From Candidatus Bathyarchaeota archaeon (GTDB taxonomy: Archaea > Thermoproteota > Bathyarchaeia > Bathyarchaeales > Bathycorpusculaceae), in assembly GCA_963811105.1 (NCBI GenBank), contig CAWEPZ010000002.1, forward strand, positions 602,984-666,983: a stretch of DNA of 64,000 bases, in the 5' to 3' direction. Shown piece after piece: positions 1 through 12,441 of this stretch. How positions within the stretch are numbered: the first letter of the stretch is position 1; each line of letters opens with the position of its first letter. Made by a program: the position numbers and the translations under genes. Below the pieces are notes generated by a model. It made no database searches, had not been told where the DNA came from, and worked only from the letters and a program-made list of their open reading frames with translations.

Positions 1-238
1 TGATTATTAAACTTGTGTTGCTGTAGCTCTACAGCAACAAAGCGGTATGTTGTTTTTGAAATTCCAATTCTGAATCAATAACCAAAAAATGTGTTATTAA
101 AACAAAAAAGAAAAGTGTTTGTTTTATTTATATGACCTCGCATATTATGTTCAAGATCTTGGAGGATGGAAAAGGGTTTCCCACTATTCTTTGGAAGAAA
201 AAAACATTCACCATTATGCGGAGAACTTTTGGCTAGGG

Positions 239-1195
239 ATGAGAATTTATCGTAGCCTTATTTCAAACTTGTTGGACGTTAAGGTTCCTCTTTTTTGTGG
301 ACATAAAGTGACCTATAATTGCAATCTTCGATGCAAAATGTGTCCTTTCTGGAAAAGAATCACTCCTGATTCAAGTATTGATCAGGAAAAAGCAATTCTG
401 AAACAGGTTTATGATTCTGGTGCTTGTAGTATCGCATTTGAAGGCGGGGAACCACTCCTTAGGAATGATCTAGTCCAAATCCTTGCTTTTTCTCGCTCTC
501 TGCCTTTGCATACTAGCATTATAACTAACGGTACTTTACTCGAATCCAGAATAGGCGAAATTGCTCCGTATATTAACGGTGTCGTCTATGTTTCGTTGGA
601 TGGTTTAGAGAAAACTCATGATGAAATCAGGGGAGTCGGCGGAAGTTTTAGAAAAGCGGTGAGCGGCATATGTGCGGCTAAAGAAAAAGTTGCCGTAACC
701 ATAAACACGACAATAATGGCTGAAAACATCGACGAAATAGAAGACTTGGTAAAGCTATCAAAAGAGTTAGGTACACGAATATCCTTGGCTGTAGCTCACG
801 AATATTGTAATATCAACGCATCTTCACCAGCTACTAGCAAAGCATTAAAAATAGCACATAGGCTGATTGAAATGAAGCGAGAAGGTTATCCTATTGTTAA
901 TTCAATCGGCTACTTGAAAGTGATGGCTAAAGAGAAAAAATGGCAATGTAAACCATGGGCGACGGTAAACATCGATCCCAACGGCAATTTAGTCTTGCCT
1001 TGCTATGTTCACAATGATTACGTGAGCAACGTTTCCGTTTTTGAAAATAGTATTAAAAACTCTGTTTCTGACTTTGATTGGAAAAAAATAGAAAACTGCA
1101 GAAAATGCAGCCTTCACTGTTATGTTGAGCCATCTTTAGTGCTTTCACGAGATTTTAAATCGTATATGCATTGGGCATTTCGAGTCAGTCTTTAA
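239..1195 (+). CDS. Radical SAM protein (PTO1314-like archaeal family) with C-terminal Cys cluster
   Basis: CNLRCKMC motif, FEGGEPLL, ITNG, VSLDG; C-terminal C...PC...CRKCSLHC. ATG at 239 preferred over TTG at 119. Confidence 0.85.
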   Translation: MRIYRSLISNLLDVKVPLFCGHKVTYNCNLRCKMCPFWKRITPDSSIDQEKAILKQVYDSGACSIAFEGGEPLLRNDLVQILAFSRSLPLHTSIITNGTLLESRIGEIAPYINGVVYVSLDGLEKTHDEIRGVGGSFRKAVSGICAAKEKVAVTINTTIMAENIDEIEDLVKLSKELGTRISLAVAHEYCNINASSPATSKALKIAHRLIEMKREGYPIVNSIGYLKVMAKEKKWQCKPWATVNIDPNGNLVLPCYVHNDYVSNVSVFENSIKNSVSDFDWKKIENCRKCSLHCYVEPSLVLSRDFKSYMHWAFRVSL

Positions 1196-1315
1196 TTTTT
1201 AGGAGAAATTAGAACCCAACTGTGTTAATTAGAACGACTGCTTGTTGAAAAGACTGAGTATTAGAAAATTAATATTTATGGTAGATTAGGTATTTTCAGC
1301 AAGAAGTGTAGGATA

Positions 1316-1565
1316 ATGGTTTACTCAAAAGGCAATGTGGAAGTTACGAGGGATGACAGGGTCAGTGCAAAGGTTTTAAACATTACCCTGTTAGCTTCGG
1401 CGAAGAATTAGAAATGGATATTGTTGAATGCACCCCAAAGAAGAAGGCATAGCTAAAGTTCAAGGTTTAATGATACAAGTTGCCGATGCTAAACTTGGAA
1501 AGCACGTGAAAATAAAGATAAATCGGATTGGCGGCACAACGGCAGAGGCAGAAATAACAAAATAG
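1316..1565 (+). pseudogene. Degenerate single-TRAM-domain RNA-binding protein
   Basis: Across frameshifts and one TGA reads MVYSKG..GFKHYPVSFGEELEMDIVECTPK/EGIAKVQGLMIQVADAKLGKHVKIKINRIGGTTAEAEITK*, a TRAM-like pattern. Confidence 0.65.
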
Positions 1566-2178
1566 CTCGCTTTTCATAAAAATGAAGCCAAGTTTAGATA
1601 AAACCAGAGGTTGCATCAAATTTCGCGCTCTGCGGCTGGTTTTTGAGCGCTGGAAGGACTTTTCTTCTCAGCGCCAACACCCAGTATCTTATCACGATAC
1701 ATCAACCAATTTGCAAAGACAAAATTTGGCTAAACGTGTCTATTTTAAGGCTTAAATCAAGAATAATATGTCCAAATTAAGCTTCAGAGAGCTAGCGATG
1801 CATCTTAACTCGGTCGGTTACCTTGGAAGCGAGTAAGTTAACATTTAATTCTGATGTAGCGTAATGTTTATATCAGTAGGATTCGCTTCTGATAGAATTC
1901 AGCTATAATTGCTAACCCCGCAGTTTTCACATGGCGGCGGCTCAACCCCCACCGAAACGGCGATTGCCTTGCAGGAATGACGGAGTTGGCCTCCAATTGC
2001 GGGGACACGAATGTAGACCTGATTAATTGCTCAATTAGGTCTGAATTGGGCTTTGACGTATTGAGTGGAATGTTTTTCCCTCCAAATCCAGTTAGGCACA
2101 AATCATGCGAAATAGTGCAGAACGTACCACACAAAAAACAAGATAGAAAGATCCGCAGAAATTAACTTGGAGTGCATA

Positions 2179-3673
<1,495 letters not shown>

Positions 3674-3832
3674 AAGTAAAAAGCATGAAGAGTGCTTGAT
3701 TGGAGGAGCAAGGAGAACATTAAGAACCTACAGGATACGTCAAAGCCCAATAATATAGCAACTATAGCTAGAAAAGGGTTAATCTTTTCTTTTTAAAATA
3801 AGAGGGATCTTTATCCGCTTTTAAAAACAAGG

Positions 3833-4336
3833 TTAATCTGTTAGTTTTTTAGTATAGTCCCAGATTTTGTCGCCTACGTAATGCAATGATTTAACGACTG
3901 GCCCTTGCTTGGTGGCTCTGGCGGTTTCTGCGTCTGTTAGGCTTTCGCCCAGCGCCAATGCTTTGCCAAATTTCACATCTACCACAACTACGAGGTCACC
4001 TTTGTTAAATTCTCCTTCAACCCGCACAATCCCCGGTGCCATTACGTTCGCGCCTTTGCAAACATACGGTACAGCGCCCATGTCAACCACGATTTTAGGG
4101 GCCTTAGTATTGAACTCGGTGAAGTGCAGGGTAGGTAGGATATTATCGCCGACTTTGAAGAGCAAGGGTTTTGCACCGATTAGGTAAACTTCTCCAACAT
4201 CAGATTCTACAACTTCCACGGTTGCTTTACCGCCGTAAAGCGTTTCCAAGTTAATCTTTAATCTAGGTGTGGCTTTTTCAAGAATTTGTTTTGCTTCTTT
4301 GGTTTTGAGAGGGAATCGGCGTTGTTTTGTTGGCAT
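3833..4336 (-). CDS. PUA-domain RNA-binding protein (DUF1947+PUA, MCT-1/Tma20-like)
   Basis: VVDMGAVPYVCKGANVMAPGI...LHYVGDKIW. Confidence 0.9.
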   Translation of the reverse strand: MPTKQRRFPLKTKEAKQILEKATPRLKINLETLYGGKATVEVVESDVGEVYLIGAKPLLFKVGDNILPTLHFTEFNTKAPKIVVDMGAVPYVCKGANVMAPGIVRVEGEFNKGDLVVVVDVKFGKALALGESLTDAETARATKQGPVVKSLHYVGDKIWDYTKKLTD

Positions 4337-4373
4337 GCTTGTTCTCTATGTTAAGTCACTGTAGAAGAGAAAT

Positions 4374-4970
4374 TTATCTTTGCTCTTTTTTGGTTTGCCT
4401 TTTTTTAAAGATTCTATCCAGGATCTTGCCAACATCCACCTTAAACATTATTATCGTAATAATAATTGTCAAAGCTATAGAAATCAAAACTATTTCTAAT
4501 GGACTTAACAACCCTGAAAAATTCGATTCAACCCAATTGCCCAGAAAAGCACCAGCAACGGTTATTGTTATTTTACCTAGAAAATAGGATAGAAAAAATT
4601 TTGTGGGGCTATACTTCATAAGCCCCAGCGGTATAACGACTGGTTCATCAGGAATGGGAGTAGCTGCAGCTATGTAGAGCAGCAAAAAAGCCCAGCGTCT
4701 AACCTTTCCAGCTTCAACATCAAGTCTCTTTTGACTTTTTTCACTAAGATGCCCGCTTACGAAGAAGGTGATCATGTAGTGGATGCCTTTAGCTAGGGCT
4801 GCAGCTAGGGCAATTAGGAAAGCTATTGTGATAAGGGCAGTTGCGTCAGCATTTGCCAAGCCGATCGCTGCTGTGGATGCGATTAGGAGGTTTGAAGGAC
4901 CTAAGAAAGGTATCAAATTTAACCCGAAGGCAACCAAGAATGTAATAATGAACTCAACGGTAAACAGCAT
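4374..4970 (-). CDS. DedA/VTT-like membrane protein
   Basis: Several hydrophobic helices; ATPIPDEPVVIPLGLMKYSPTKFFLSYFLGK motif; start probably MLFTVEF. Confidence 0.75.
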   Translation of the reverse strand: MLFTVEFIITFLVAFGLNLIPFLGPSNLLIASTAAIGLANADATALITIAFLIALAAALAKGIHYMITFFVSGHLSEKSQKRLDVEAGKVRRWAFLLLYIAAATPIPDEPVVIPLGLMKYSPTKFFLSYFLGKITITVAGAFLGNWVESNFSGLLSPLEIVLISIALTIIITIIMFKVDVGKILDRIFKKRQTKKEQR

Positions 4971-5059
4971 ATACTCTACCCAGTTTCTCCAGGAAACAAT
5001 TAAATTAGCATACATATAAGCACAAGTAAGCAAAACATGGGCAGATTTAGTCCGTATAA

Positions 5060-5725
5060 CTAAACTATTCGCTTAGAGGCTTTTCTCCTAACAAACACAA
5101 CTATTAATGCGGCAACTATCACGATAGCGATTACAATAATGGTGACATAGAACATAGTTTGATCTAACCCAAGTATTTGAGGCGCCCACATGTTTGTGGC
5201 AAAAGCGGTTGCATTTACTGTATAACCTGGTAAATAGTCGGAGGTTTGTATGTACACGCCTGTTGCTTTATCCCATTCTTTGTGTCTTTGAGGAGTGTCA
5301 ACATAAGTTATTGTTCGGGTCGCGCCGGCTATTGTCTCAGTTTTTTGGCCTTGAATTGTTATTGTGCTGTTTGTCAACACGTCGTAGAAGGAGGCTCCTG
5401 GATTGAGGTTTGCTGGAATAATTATCCATGCTTCCACATCACCAGTTGTGAAGTCAATGTCTCTGATTGCACTTGAAAGGGATCCATTGGGAGTTTCTGC
5501 AACTATATTCACCCACATTTTGGTGCCAGTGATATTGACGACTTCCATTCTTGCCCAAATCAAATCATGCCCTAATGCGGGGGTACCAGTTGTACTTACA
5601 TTATACTCTATCCAATCGCCAGGCTTAACACCAAAAGAACTCAAAGCCTTCACTTGCCCAGGATTCAAGAAAAAGACACAACTGAGCAACAGACAAACAA
5701 TTATTGCGACAACCGCTTTTTTCAT
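5060..5725 (-). CDS. Secreted surface protein with C-terminal membrane anchor
   Basis: Signal peptide, GVKPGDWIEY, WDKATG, terminal TM plus RRK; paralogous to 50554-51277. Confidence 0.8.
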   Translation of the reverse strand: MKKAVVAIIVCLLLSCVFFLNPGQVKALSSFGVKPGDWIEYNVSTTGTPALGHDLIWARMEVVNITGTKMWVNIVAETPNGSLSSAIRDIDFTTGDVEAWIIIPANLNPGASFYDVLTNSTITIQGQKTETIAGATRTITYVDTPQRHKEWDKATGVYIQTSDYLPGYTVNATAFATNMWAPQILGLDQTMFYVTIIVIAIVIVAALIVVFVRRKASKRIV

Positions 5726-5859
5726 AAAAAGCATCACATAACTATCTGCTTTTTATCTTTAAATAATTTGTGTCGTCTCTGACTTAAAGAAAAAAATAAT
5801 CTTGTGCTCCATATGCTGACTTATTTTGATTTAGCGGTGGTTCAAATTTTGATCTTTTC

Positions 5860-6578
5860 TTACTCCTGCAAAGTCAGTTATTTGGCCTGTTCCAATTTCA
5901 TTTTGATGTTAGATATTTTTCAGGGTTGATTTTCGTCTGCTTGCATTGTTCGAAGAATGCTTGCACTCGTTCTTCTCTTTTTTCGGTGTTGAAACGCAGA
6001 AATAATGCGCGATGTTTCATATCAAAGGGCTATTTGGTTTTCCATACAGGTAGAAGAGCATTGCTTCGAAGAGGATGGCAATGTCGCCTTCGCAACTTAG
6101 TAATCCCGTATATTAGTGCTTTCTTTGCTTATGCTGAAGGATATTCCTCAATATCGTTAACAAATTATGAGAGGCGATTGAACACTTCAGAATGTTGCAA
6201 TGCTTTTTGATGGAATGGGTTCGTTCATTGTTTGTTACAAGTCCGAGCCATATCTTGTAACTGCAACTCAGACATCCGGGTCGGGAGGTGGGTGGGTCTT
6301 TCATTGTACTCTTAATAATTTCCCGAGCACTTTTTGTATTGATTTCCCCAAAGGCTCCGATGTCTCGCCAGTCCTTCGAGCTGTGGTTGACTAAATATTT
6401 GCACAATTGCTTTGTGTTCTGTGGGAGATGCTGCTCCTATTGCTCCTATGTCGTATCGAATGCGATCATGCTGTTTTTCATAATCGATTTCCATACTTTT
6501 CTCGAAACGTCGAAGTGGTGAAATTAAATTTGATTTGCTGGAATCGTTTGTTCGATTCGAATTCTTGTTATTGTCCAT
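5860..6578 (-). pseudogene. Fragmented HEAT-repeat-like gene
   Basis: Successive frames give SPLRRFEKSMEIDYEKQHDRIRYD... then NHSSKDWRDIGAFGEINTKSAREIIKSTMKDP...; multiple frameshifts; left end approximate. Confidence 0.5.
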
Positions 6579-6778
6579 AAAAATAACCTTGAGTTCAAGT
6601 TTAATTATAAAATATCTGGTTCTCACGCAGGTTTTAAATTATTGTTGTATCATCCAAGTAATTTAAAATACCTAAAAAATTAAGATTCTACCTGTGTTTC
6701 TTTTCTAAAGTCCGTGAGATAGGTTTAAATGTTGAGAGATAAAGTATAGAGGAGATAAAGATACATGAGGATTCCAGA

Positions 6779-7006
6779 ATGAGCGAAATGACAACCGAAA
6801 TCCTTGAACAAAACCTCAGCAAAGTCGTATTAGTACGCCTTAAAGGTGGAAAAAGCCTCAGAGGAAGACTGAAGGGTTTCGACCAACACCTAAACCTAGT
6901 TCTAGAAGAGACCGAAGACACAACAGCCGTTGAAAACCAAAAGAAACTGGGACTAATAATCGTTCGAGGAGATAACGTAGTCCTTATATCGCCTCCGCCT
7001 AGGTGA
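6779..7006 (+). CDS. lsm: Sm-like archaeal protein (SmAP/Lsm)
   Basis: [14 protein letters not shown] (Sm1) and [13 protein letters not shown] (Sm2); upstream of rpl37e as is usual in archaea. Confidence 0.96.
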   Translation: MSEMTTEILEQNLSKVVLVRLKGGKSLRGRLKGFDQHLNLVLEETEDTTAVENQKKLGLIIVRGDNVVLISPPPR

Positions 7007-7011
7007 CCGTC

Positions 7012-7200
7012 GTGGGAAAAGGCACTCCTTCGATGGGCAAGCGCCAAGGGAAAACCGTCCATATTAAGTGCAGGCGTTGCGGAAGACGAGCATATCATGT
7101 ACGCCATAAGCGTTGTGGTGCATGCGGTTTCGGCGAAACCACAACTATTAGGCACTATTCTTGGATGCGTAAGACTCTTCAAAGAGTAAGAGTCGTCTAA
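7012..7200 (+). CDS. rpl37e: 50S ribosomal protein L37e
   Basis: KGTPSMGKR...[13 protein letters not shown]...CGACGFG; start GTG at 7003 or 7012. Confidence 0.97.
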   Translation: MGKGTPSMGKRQGKTVHIKCRRCGRRAYHVRHKRCGACGFGETTTIRHYSWMRKTLQRVRVV

Positions 7201-7354
7201 AAACAATTTAATACTGTTTTAGTCAAGTTTTTTCTCGTTAAATTTAGAAACGGCAGAACATTTTCTTTCTTTAATTCAAAAAATTCTATAATTTCGTATT
7301 TGGTCAGCGTATTTTCGATATTTTTCTTAAAAATTGAAAAAGGATTTAGTTGTT

Positions 7355-7969
7355 TTATGTGTTTGTGGTATTGTAGTAGCCTTTGTCTATCTTGACAAAG
7401 ATCAGTGGACCTTTGCTTTGCGCCATCTCGCGAGCTTTCCGTAATGCTTCATTTGCTATTGTGAATATTCTATCTCTTTCGCTAAGGTCTTGAACTCGTT
7501 TTTCTCCAAGCTCCATCTTAAGCAAGTTTTCAGATAAAATTTCTGTTCCGCAGATTTCACCGTTCTTTAGCAGCGTAGTTACAATAATCTCGAGGAGCTC
7601 CTGCTTACGCTCGATTTTCTTCCATAGGGGCTCAGCGTTGGCGAGAGTCTTGGAAATTTTGTTCCATCGATTAGCGTTTTGGTCACCTATGAGCAGTTTA
7701 ACCCGCTCCTTCCATTTTTTAAACCAAATTCCAATCCAAATGGTTAAAAACTCGTCAAGCTCAGAGGAGTCTTCCTTGAAAATGCTTTCAAGTTTTTCAA
7801 CCAATTCACATTGGTTTGCTTCTTTTCCCATCAAGTTCCAATGGAATTTGAGGTAATTTGTGAAGTCTTGGCAAGCAACTTGCAAAACCTTACGGTCCGA
7901 TCCCATGATGTCTAGAGCCGGATCTATTTCCTTCAATTTCTCCCCTATCATTAGTTCGACAAAGTTCAT
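7355..7969 (-). CDS. Hypothetical helical protein
   Basis: 204-aa ORF with ATG start and protein-like composition; no motif recognised. Confidence 0.7.
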   Translation of the reverse strand: MNFVELMIGEKLKEIDPALDIMGSDRKVLQVACQDFTNYLKFHWNLMGKEANQCELVEKLESIFKEDSSELDEFLTIWIGIWFKKWKERVKLLIGDQNANRWNKISKTLANAEPLWKKIERKQELLEIIVTTLLKNGEICGTEILSENLLKMELGEKRVQDLSERDRIFTIANEALRKAREMAQSKGPLIFVKIDKGYYNTTNT

Positions 7970-8103
7970 ACTAATTCCCGCTCTGAAGCCTTCTCCAATA
8001 TTGATTTAAGATCAAGGGTTTAATTAAACTTTATTTCCTAAGTACATATAATTGGGTAATTCAATTTTTAACAATACTTCAAATATCGATATATCAAAAA
8101 GAC

Positions 8104-8760
8104 TTATTCAATAAAGTTTGGAAGTTCGGTAACATCACGTAGAATCAGATCTGGTCCTTCTTTCAAAAGCTCCTCACACTGAAAAAGCCCCGATAATACA
8201 GCTGCCGTTCTTGCGCCAGCGGCTTTTCCCGCGCGCACATCACTCACAGAGTCTCCAGCAATTACGCAGTCACATATGTCAATATCTAAGGCTTTTACGC
8301 ATTTTATTAACGCTTCAGGGGAAGGCTTAGGTTTGGCGGTGTCCAGAGCTGTTACGACATAAGTAAAATAATCAGATATGCCAAAATACTTTAACTCTTC
8401 TATGATCGCATTTTTTGGAGCGTAACGCATCGTTATTAATGCAAGTTTAGCTTTTTGCGATAACGTTTCAAGCGTTATCTGAACGTTGGGTATAAGCTTA
8501 GTTTTTTCATGACTGACTAGATAGTAAGTTTCAAAATACACCTTTAGAAATTTTTTGCTATCCCCATTGGTAATATCGTTTATTGAAAGACCTTGTTCTA
8601 GCCTTCTTGGAATTTCCAGGACAGTTTGCTTTTCAGGAGGTTTTTGCCCTATGCTTTGGAACGCTATTTTGGCTGCTTCAATATATGCTTCTGAAGAGTC
8701 AACTATTGTGCCGTCCAAGTCCAAGAAAATGCCTTTAACTTTCAAACAGATTTCGTTCAT
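8104..8760 (-). CDS. HAD-superfamily hydrolase (phosphoglycolate phosphatase-like)
   Basis: DLDGTIVDS, KPKPSPE, GDSVSD, AGKAAG. Confidence 0.93.
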   Translation of the reverse strand: MNEICLKVKGIFLDLDGTIVDSSEAYIEAAKIAFQSIGQKPPEKQTVLEIPRRLEQGLSINDITNGDSKKFLKVYFETYYLVSHEKTKLIPNVQITLETLSQKAKLALITMRYAPKNAIIEELKYFGISDYFTYVVTALDTAKPKPSPEALIKCVKALDIDICDCVIAGDSVSDVRAGKAAGARTAAVLSGLFQCEELLKEGPDLILRDVTELPNFIE

Positions 8761-8925
8761 GAATCATCTGTAGCTCTTGAATGGGGACTCAATGTTTCTT
8801 AAATGTTTCTTACCTGTTCGATGAATCAATCTGATGTATAGTGTCTATATAGATTGTATAGGGAATCTCTATAGGCGTGCATGATGCCTTCATCCTTGAA
8901 CAAGAGTAGAGGTGAAAAAAAAAGA

Positions 8926-9099
8926 ATGATCTCACGAGATTGCGACGGTTGCTCCATGCTTAAAGCATGCTGCACACGCTACAAAAAAGCTGTAAAAGGC
9001 GACAAAGTCTACTGCCCCGACGGCACAGCCCACCTAATCGACAAATACAGCATAAATCAAAGCTCAGAAATAATTTGTTTCTTTGAAGCGTTTCAATGA
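8926..9099 (+). CDS. Small Cys-rich protein
   Basis: SD GAGGTGA then ATG; MISRDCDGCSMLKACC...YCPDGTAH. Confidence 0.6.
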   Translation: MISRDCDGCSMLKACCTRYKKAVKGDKVYCPDGTAHLIDKYSINQSSEIICFFEAFQ

Positions 9100-9609
9100 T
9101 TAAACTAACTTGATCCAATAGCGCTCTCAATGGGCGAGCTGCAGCTAAAATTATACCACCATTTTTTCAAATTTCTCCAGCGGTAACCAATTCTAGAGAT
9201 TATGATTCAATTGAAGCTGATTTTCTATATATTATATGCTATCGATGACGTGCTTTGTATTCTATAAGAACGACTAATACTCCGTTTATCTCTAAACGTA
9301 AAACCGAGTGGAGATAAAACGGTGTTAACAGATAATTATGGAGATTCTGTGTGGGGAAATCAAGAAGCAGGAATTATATTTGGAAAGGGCGGAAAAAACA
9401 TTTCACTCATTATTGAAAATGTTGGCATAAAAAAATTTGGCTTTCTTGAATCCCTTCAAGGAATAATTGTTGAGCAAACTAATATCGAAGCCTGTCTCGA
9501 TAAGATAATAGCCTTAATCCTAAAATAGGATTTAGGAAATATGATTTTCCAAATTACATTATAGGAAATATGGCAACTCAACAAGTTTATTTGAATAAAT
9601 CGAGCGCAC

Positions 9610-10080
9610 CTATGCAAAGTAGAGTGCGACTACGCTGTCGCCTAGAATTGAGGTTTTCAGCGAGTTTACTTGTTTTCCGAGATTGGGTAGCTGTCCTTTG
9701 CTGACGAAATTCTGGTAAAGAGCAACCGCTTCATCATTTGTCAAGTTGTCTTGGAATCCTACAACGTAGTAGTTGTCAAGTTGCGCGTGAGGATATTTAT
9801 CGTTAAGAACTCTCTTGCAATACGATTCAACGTTTGATGGGGGGCTATTTGACCCTATTCTAAATACGACCACTGAAATCCGGCTGTACTGTTCACTGGT
9901 TGAAACAGCGACGGCAGTTTCGTCGTATTGGCCTCCGTATATGTCTGCTTGTGGAAATTCTGATCCACATCGAGAACACGTTCCAACTCCGGCTACTCTC
10001 GTTATGGAGTCGCCTGGCATCCAGGCTATTCCTAGGCTTGCTTTTACTAAAAGTTCTCCACATTTGGGGCATTTCCACAA
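9610..10080 (-). CDS. Zinc-ribbon protein
   Basis: CPKCG...CSRCG N-terminal C4 ribbon. Confidence 0.7.
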   Translation of the reverse strand: MWKCPKCGELLVKASLGIAWMPGDSITRVAGVGTCSRCGSEFPQADIYGGQYDETAVAVSTSEQYSRISVVVFRIGSNSPPSNVESYCKRVLNDKYPHAQLDNYYVVGFQDNLTNDEAVALYQNFVSKGQLPNLGKQVNSLKTSILGDSVVALYFA

Positions 10081-10150
10081 TCGGCAACCGCTAACGATTG
10101 AGGATCTTGATTCGCCTTTTTTCCAATAATGAGGCTGATCTTCTTGGATG

Positions 10151-10492
10151 CTAGTCTTTCTTTAGTTGTTCCCTTTTTAGAGCCACTTCATTTTCTGCCT
10201 GTACTTTCTCAAAGATTTGTTTTCTGTAATTTCTCAATGCTTCCCATGATATTGGGGTGTTGATTGCGAACAATGCATTAAGAGCGTGATCCTTTACTGT
10301 TGGATCCGGGTCTTCTAAAGCAAGAGTAAGATCCTCAACTGCCCGATTATCTCCAATTTGTCCTAGAGCTTCCGCAGCGTTTGCCCGAATTTCAGGGCTT
10401 TTCGTATATTTGAGAGCTTTAATCAAGCCCTTAACATCGCTTTTGGCCTTGAGCTTTTCAGTTTCGGTTTTTCTTGAACCAAATAATGGCAA
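10151..10492 (-). CDS. HEAT-repeat (PBS lyase-type) protein
   Basis: DVKGLIKAL...IRANAAEALGQIGDNRAVEDLTLALEDPD. Confidence 0.85.
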   Translation of the reverse strand: MPLFGSRKTETEKLKAKSDVKGLIKALKYTKSPEIRANAAEALGQIGDNRAVEDLTLALEDPDPTVKDHALNALFAINTPISWEALRNYRKQIFEKVQAENEVALKREQLKKD

Positions 10493-10721
10493 AAATTTCG
10501 CCTTTTATGAATCATTAAATAGTGTTAGTTTAAAAGTTTTTGGGAACGCTTAAAACCGCGTGCTGCCTTGTCTCAAAATTAACAAATGGTTCATTTAATC
10601 GGTATCAGCTTTGTGTTCTGATTGCCAACGGGTTTCTTGTAGATCTGCCTTTATTTGAGGAAGGTCAATTTTGCTTAAGTTCAAAATGTCAATGATGATG
10701 TCAGGAGGAAGAAGGAACCAG

Positions 10722-11070
10722 TTAGTTTCCAAAGAATTCAGGATAAGCCGCCATTAGTCTTGCTGTATCTTGACCGTCAATGATTCCAAAGAAAATCTTT
10801 CTACCCTCAGCAAACGACTTGGCGGTTGCAAATATTTTCATTAGTTCAACCACGGTTTCATCGATTTCGTTCCAATATTCCACCAAAAAGACCTCTGCTG
10901 GCGCTCGAAACAATCTTTGTATCTGGTCGCCATTCGTCCCCATTTTCTTAGGAGTAAGGATGCCTTTTGTAGTTTGACCATTCAAAGCGATTGCGACGGA
11001 TTTTCGTTCGTTGTTAATGACCAATCGGGTTGAAAACAAATCGTCCGTCTTTCCACCCCAATCTTGAAAA
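10722..11070 (-). pseudogene. Truncated putative restriction-endonuclease-fold domain
   Basis: In-frame FQDWGGKTDDLFSTRL...AIALNG...KMGTNGDQIQRLF; no 5-prime part; assignment from memory of similar proteins. Confidence 0.4.
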
Positions 11071-11355
11071 GCACAACGCAGGTATGAGTCAAAATTTTCA
11101 TAAAATTATTTAGGAGCGTTGTTTTTAGCTTTAGCATACAATTAAAAAAAACCATGTGTCCATAAATAACATACAACTTCTTTCTCCTGTTTTAACGGAC
11201 CCTATTTTCGTCATAGCCGATTGCGTTGCTTCGTAGGATAGACTGTTTTTGAGTTATTCTTCCACATTGTAAACAGTAGATGCAAGTTTGTATGTTGGTT
11301 ATGGACATATGGAAAAAAAATAGATGCGTGATTTATTAAAAAATTGAATAAAAAC

Positions 11356-12441
11356 CTAGCTCAAAACTGATTCAAAGTTTAAGTTAAGCACAACTTCAGA
11401 AATGTCACTTGCATATTCCGCTGTTCGCCTAACACTTTCAATTAATAATCGCAAGTTAACTATTTCTTCAATCTTAGCATTTTGCAATGAGAGAACAGTT
11501 TCTTTCTCCAATTTGTGGACTTGACTAAGCTTTTCAATAACACTTTCGGCTTGGTTAAAGTCATGCCTAAATAACGCATCCATGGCGCTCTCAAACATTG
11601 AATTAGCCAAGGTGCTTAGCTGATCGATTTTTTCCAAAAGCTCCTCATTTACTTGATCATTTAGCAAAAGGGTGTTTTCGGCGATTTTGGTCGCGTGATC
11701 TGCGGTTCTTTCAACAGCTTTCGCTATGAGCCTATAGCCTAAGCAGTCTTTCTGGTTGTTTAATCCGATTTCTTTAACGATTCTTGGGTTTGAAACCGCC
11801 AATTTTAGAAGCCTTACAATGTAGAGGCCAAATCGGTTTACTTCCCGATCGGTTTCAATTACTGATTTTGAAGTGGGGTAATCCAATCTTTTTAATGCCC
11901 CTATGGCTTCTTTGTGCATAGATGAGGCTATAATCGACATTCGACTAAGGGCATTTTGAACTGTGAGTTCTGGATAATTTAGTAAGACTTGAAGAGTCAA
12001 GTCTATTGGGGTGTCAATTACGATTTCTGTTCCAACCAGATAGTGTCTGGCAAAGGTTTTGAGGTGGTTTCTAAGTTTGGAGGAGAGCACTTTTTGTCCT
12101 TGCGCTCGGATGTGCAGAATGTTGTAGCCGTCTAAATAAGCGGAGATTGCTGTTCTCATGACAGCGTCTGGATTGTCGTTTAATGATGCTTTGATGAAGG
12201 CTTCATCTTGCTTTTCTTTTCTTGCAAACTTTGAAGGTGATATTGAGAGTGATCCGTCGTCTTCTTGGCGGACTATCATTGAGCTTCCTTTCTTCAGCTC
12301 GTTTCGAGTGGCCCAATCTTTGGGTAAGGAGATTATGAATGTTGATCCGCCTGTTACCTGAAGTTTGCGTTGCTCTTCGTTTATTTTTTCGGTTTCTTTG
12401 GTCACGTTTGACTCCAAGTTACTTTTTCTATGATGGCTCAT
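11356..12441 (-). CDS. Phosphate uptake regulator (AbrB-like N-terminus plus PhoU repeats)
   Basis: RKLQVTGGSTFIISLPKDW; DREVNRF, ERTADH, RRTAEY; divergent from pstS. Confidence 0.93.
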   Translation of the reverse strand: MSHHRKSNLESNVTKETEKINEEQRKLQVTGGSTFIISLPKDWATRNELKKGSSMIVRQEDDGSLSISPSKFARKEKQDEAFIKASLNDNPDAVMRTAISAYLDGYNILHIRAQGQKVLSSKLRNHLKTFARHYLVGTEIVIDTPIDLTLQVLLNYPELTVQNALSRMSIIASSMHKEAIGALKRLDYPTSKSVIETDREVNRFGLYIVRLLKLAVSNPRIVKEIGLNNQKDCLGYRLIAKAVERTADHATKIAENTLLLNDQVNEELLEKIDQLSTLANSMFESAMDALFRHDFNQAESVIEKLSQVHKLEKETVLSLQNAKIEEIVNLRLLIESVRRTAEYASDISEVVLNLNFESVLS

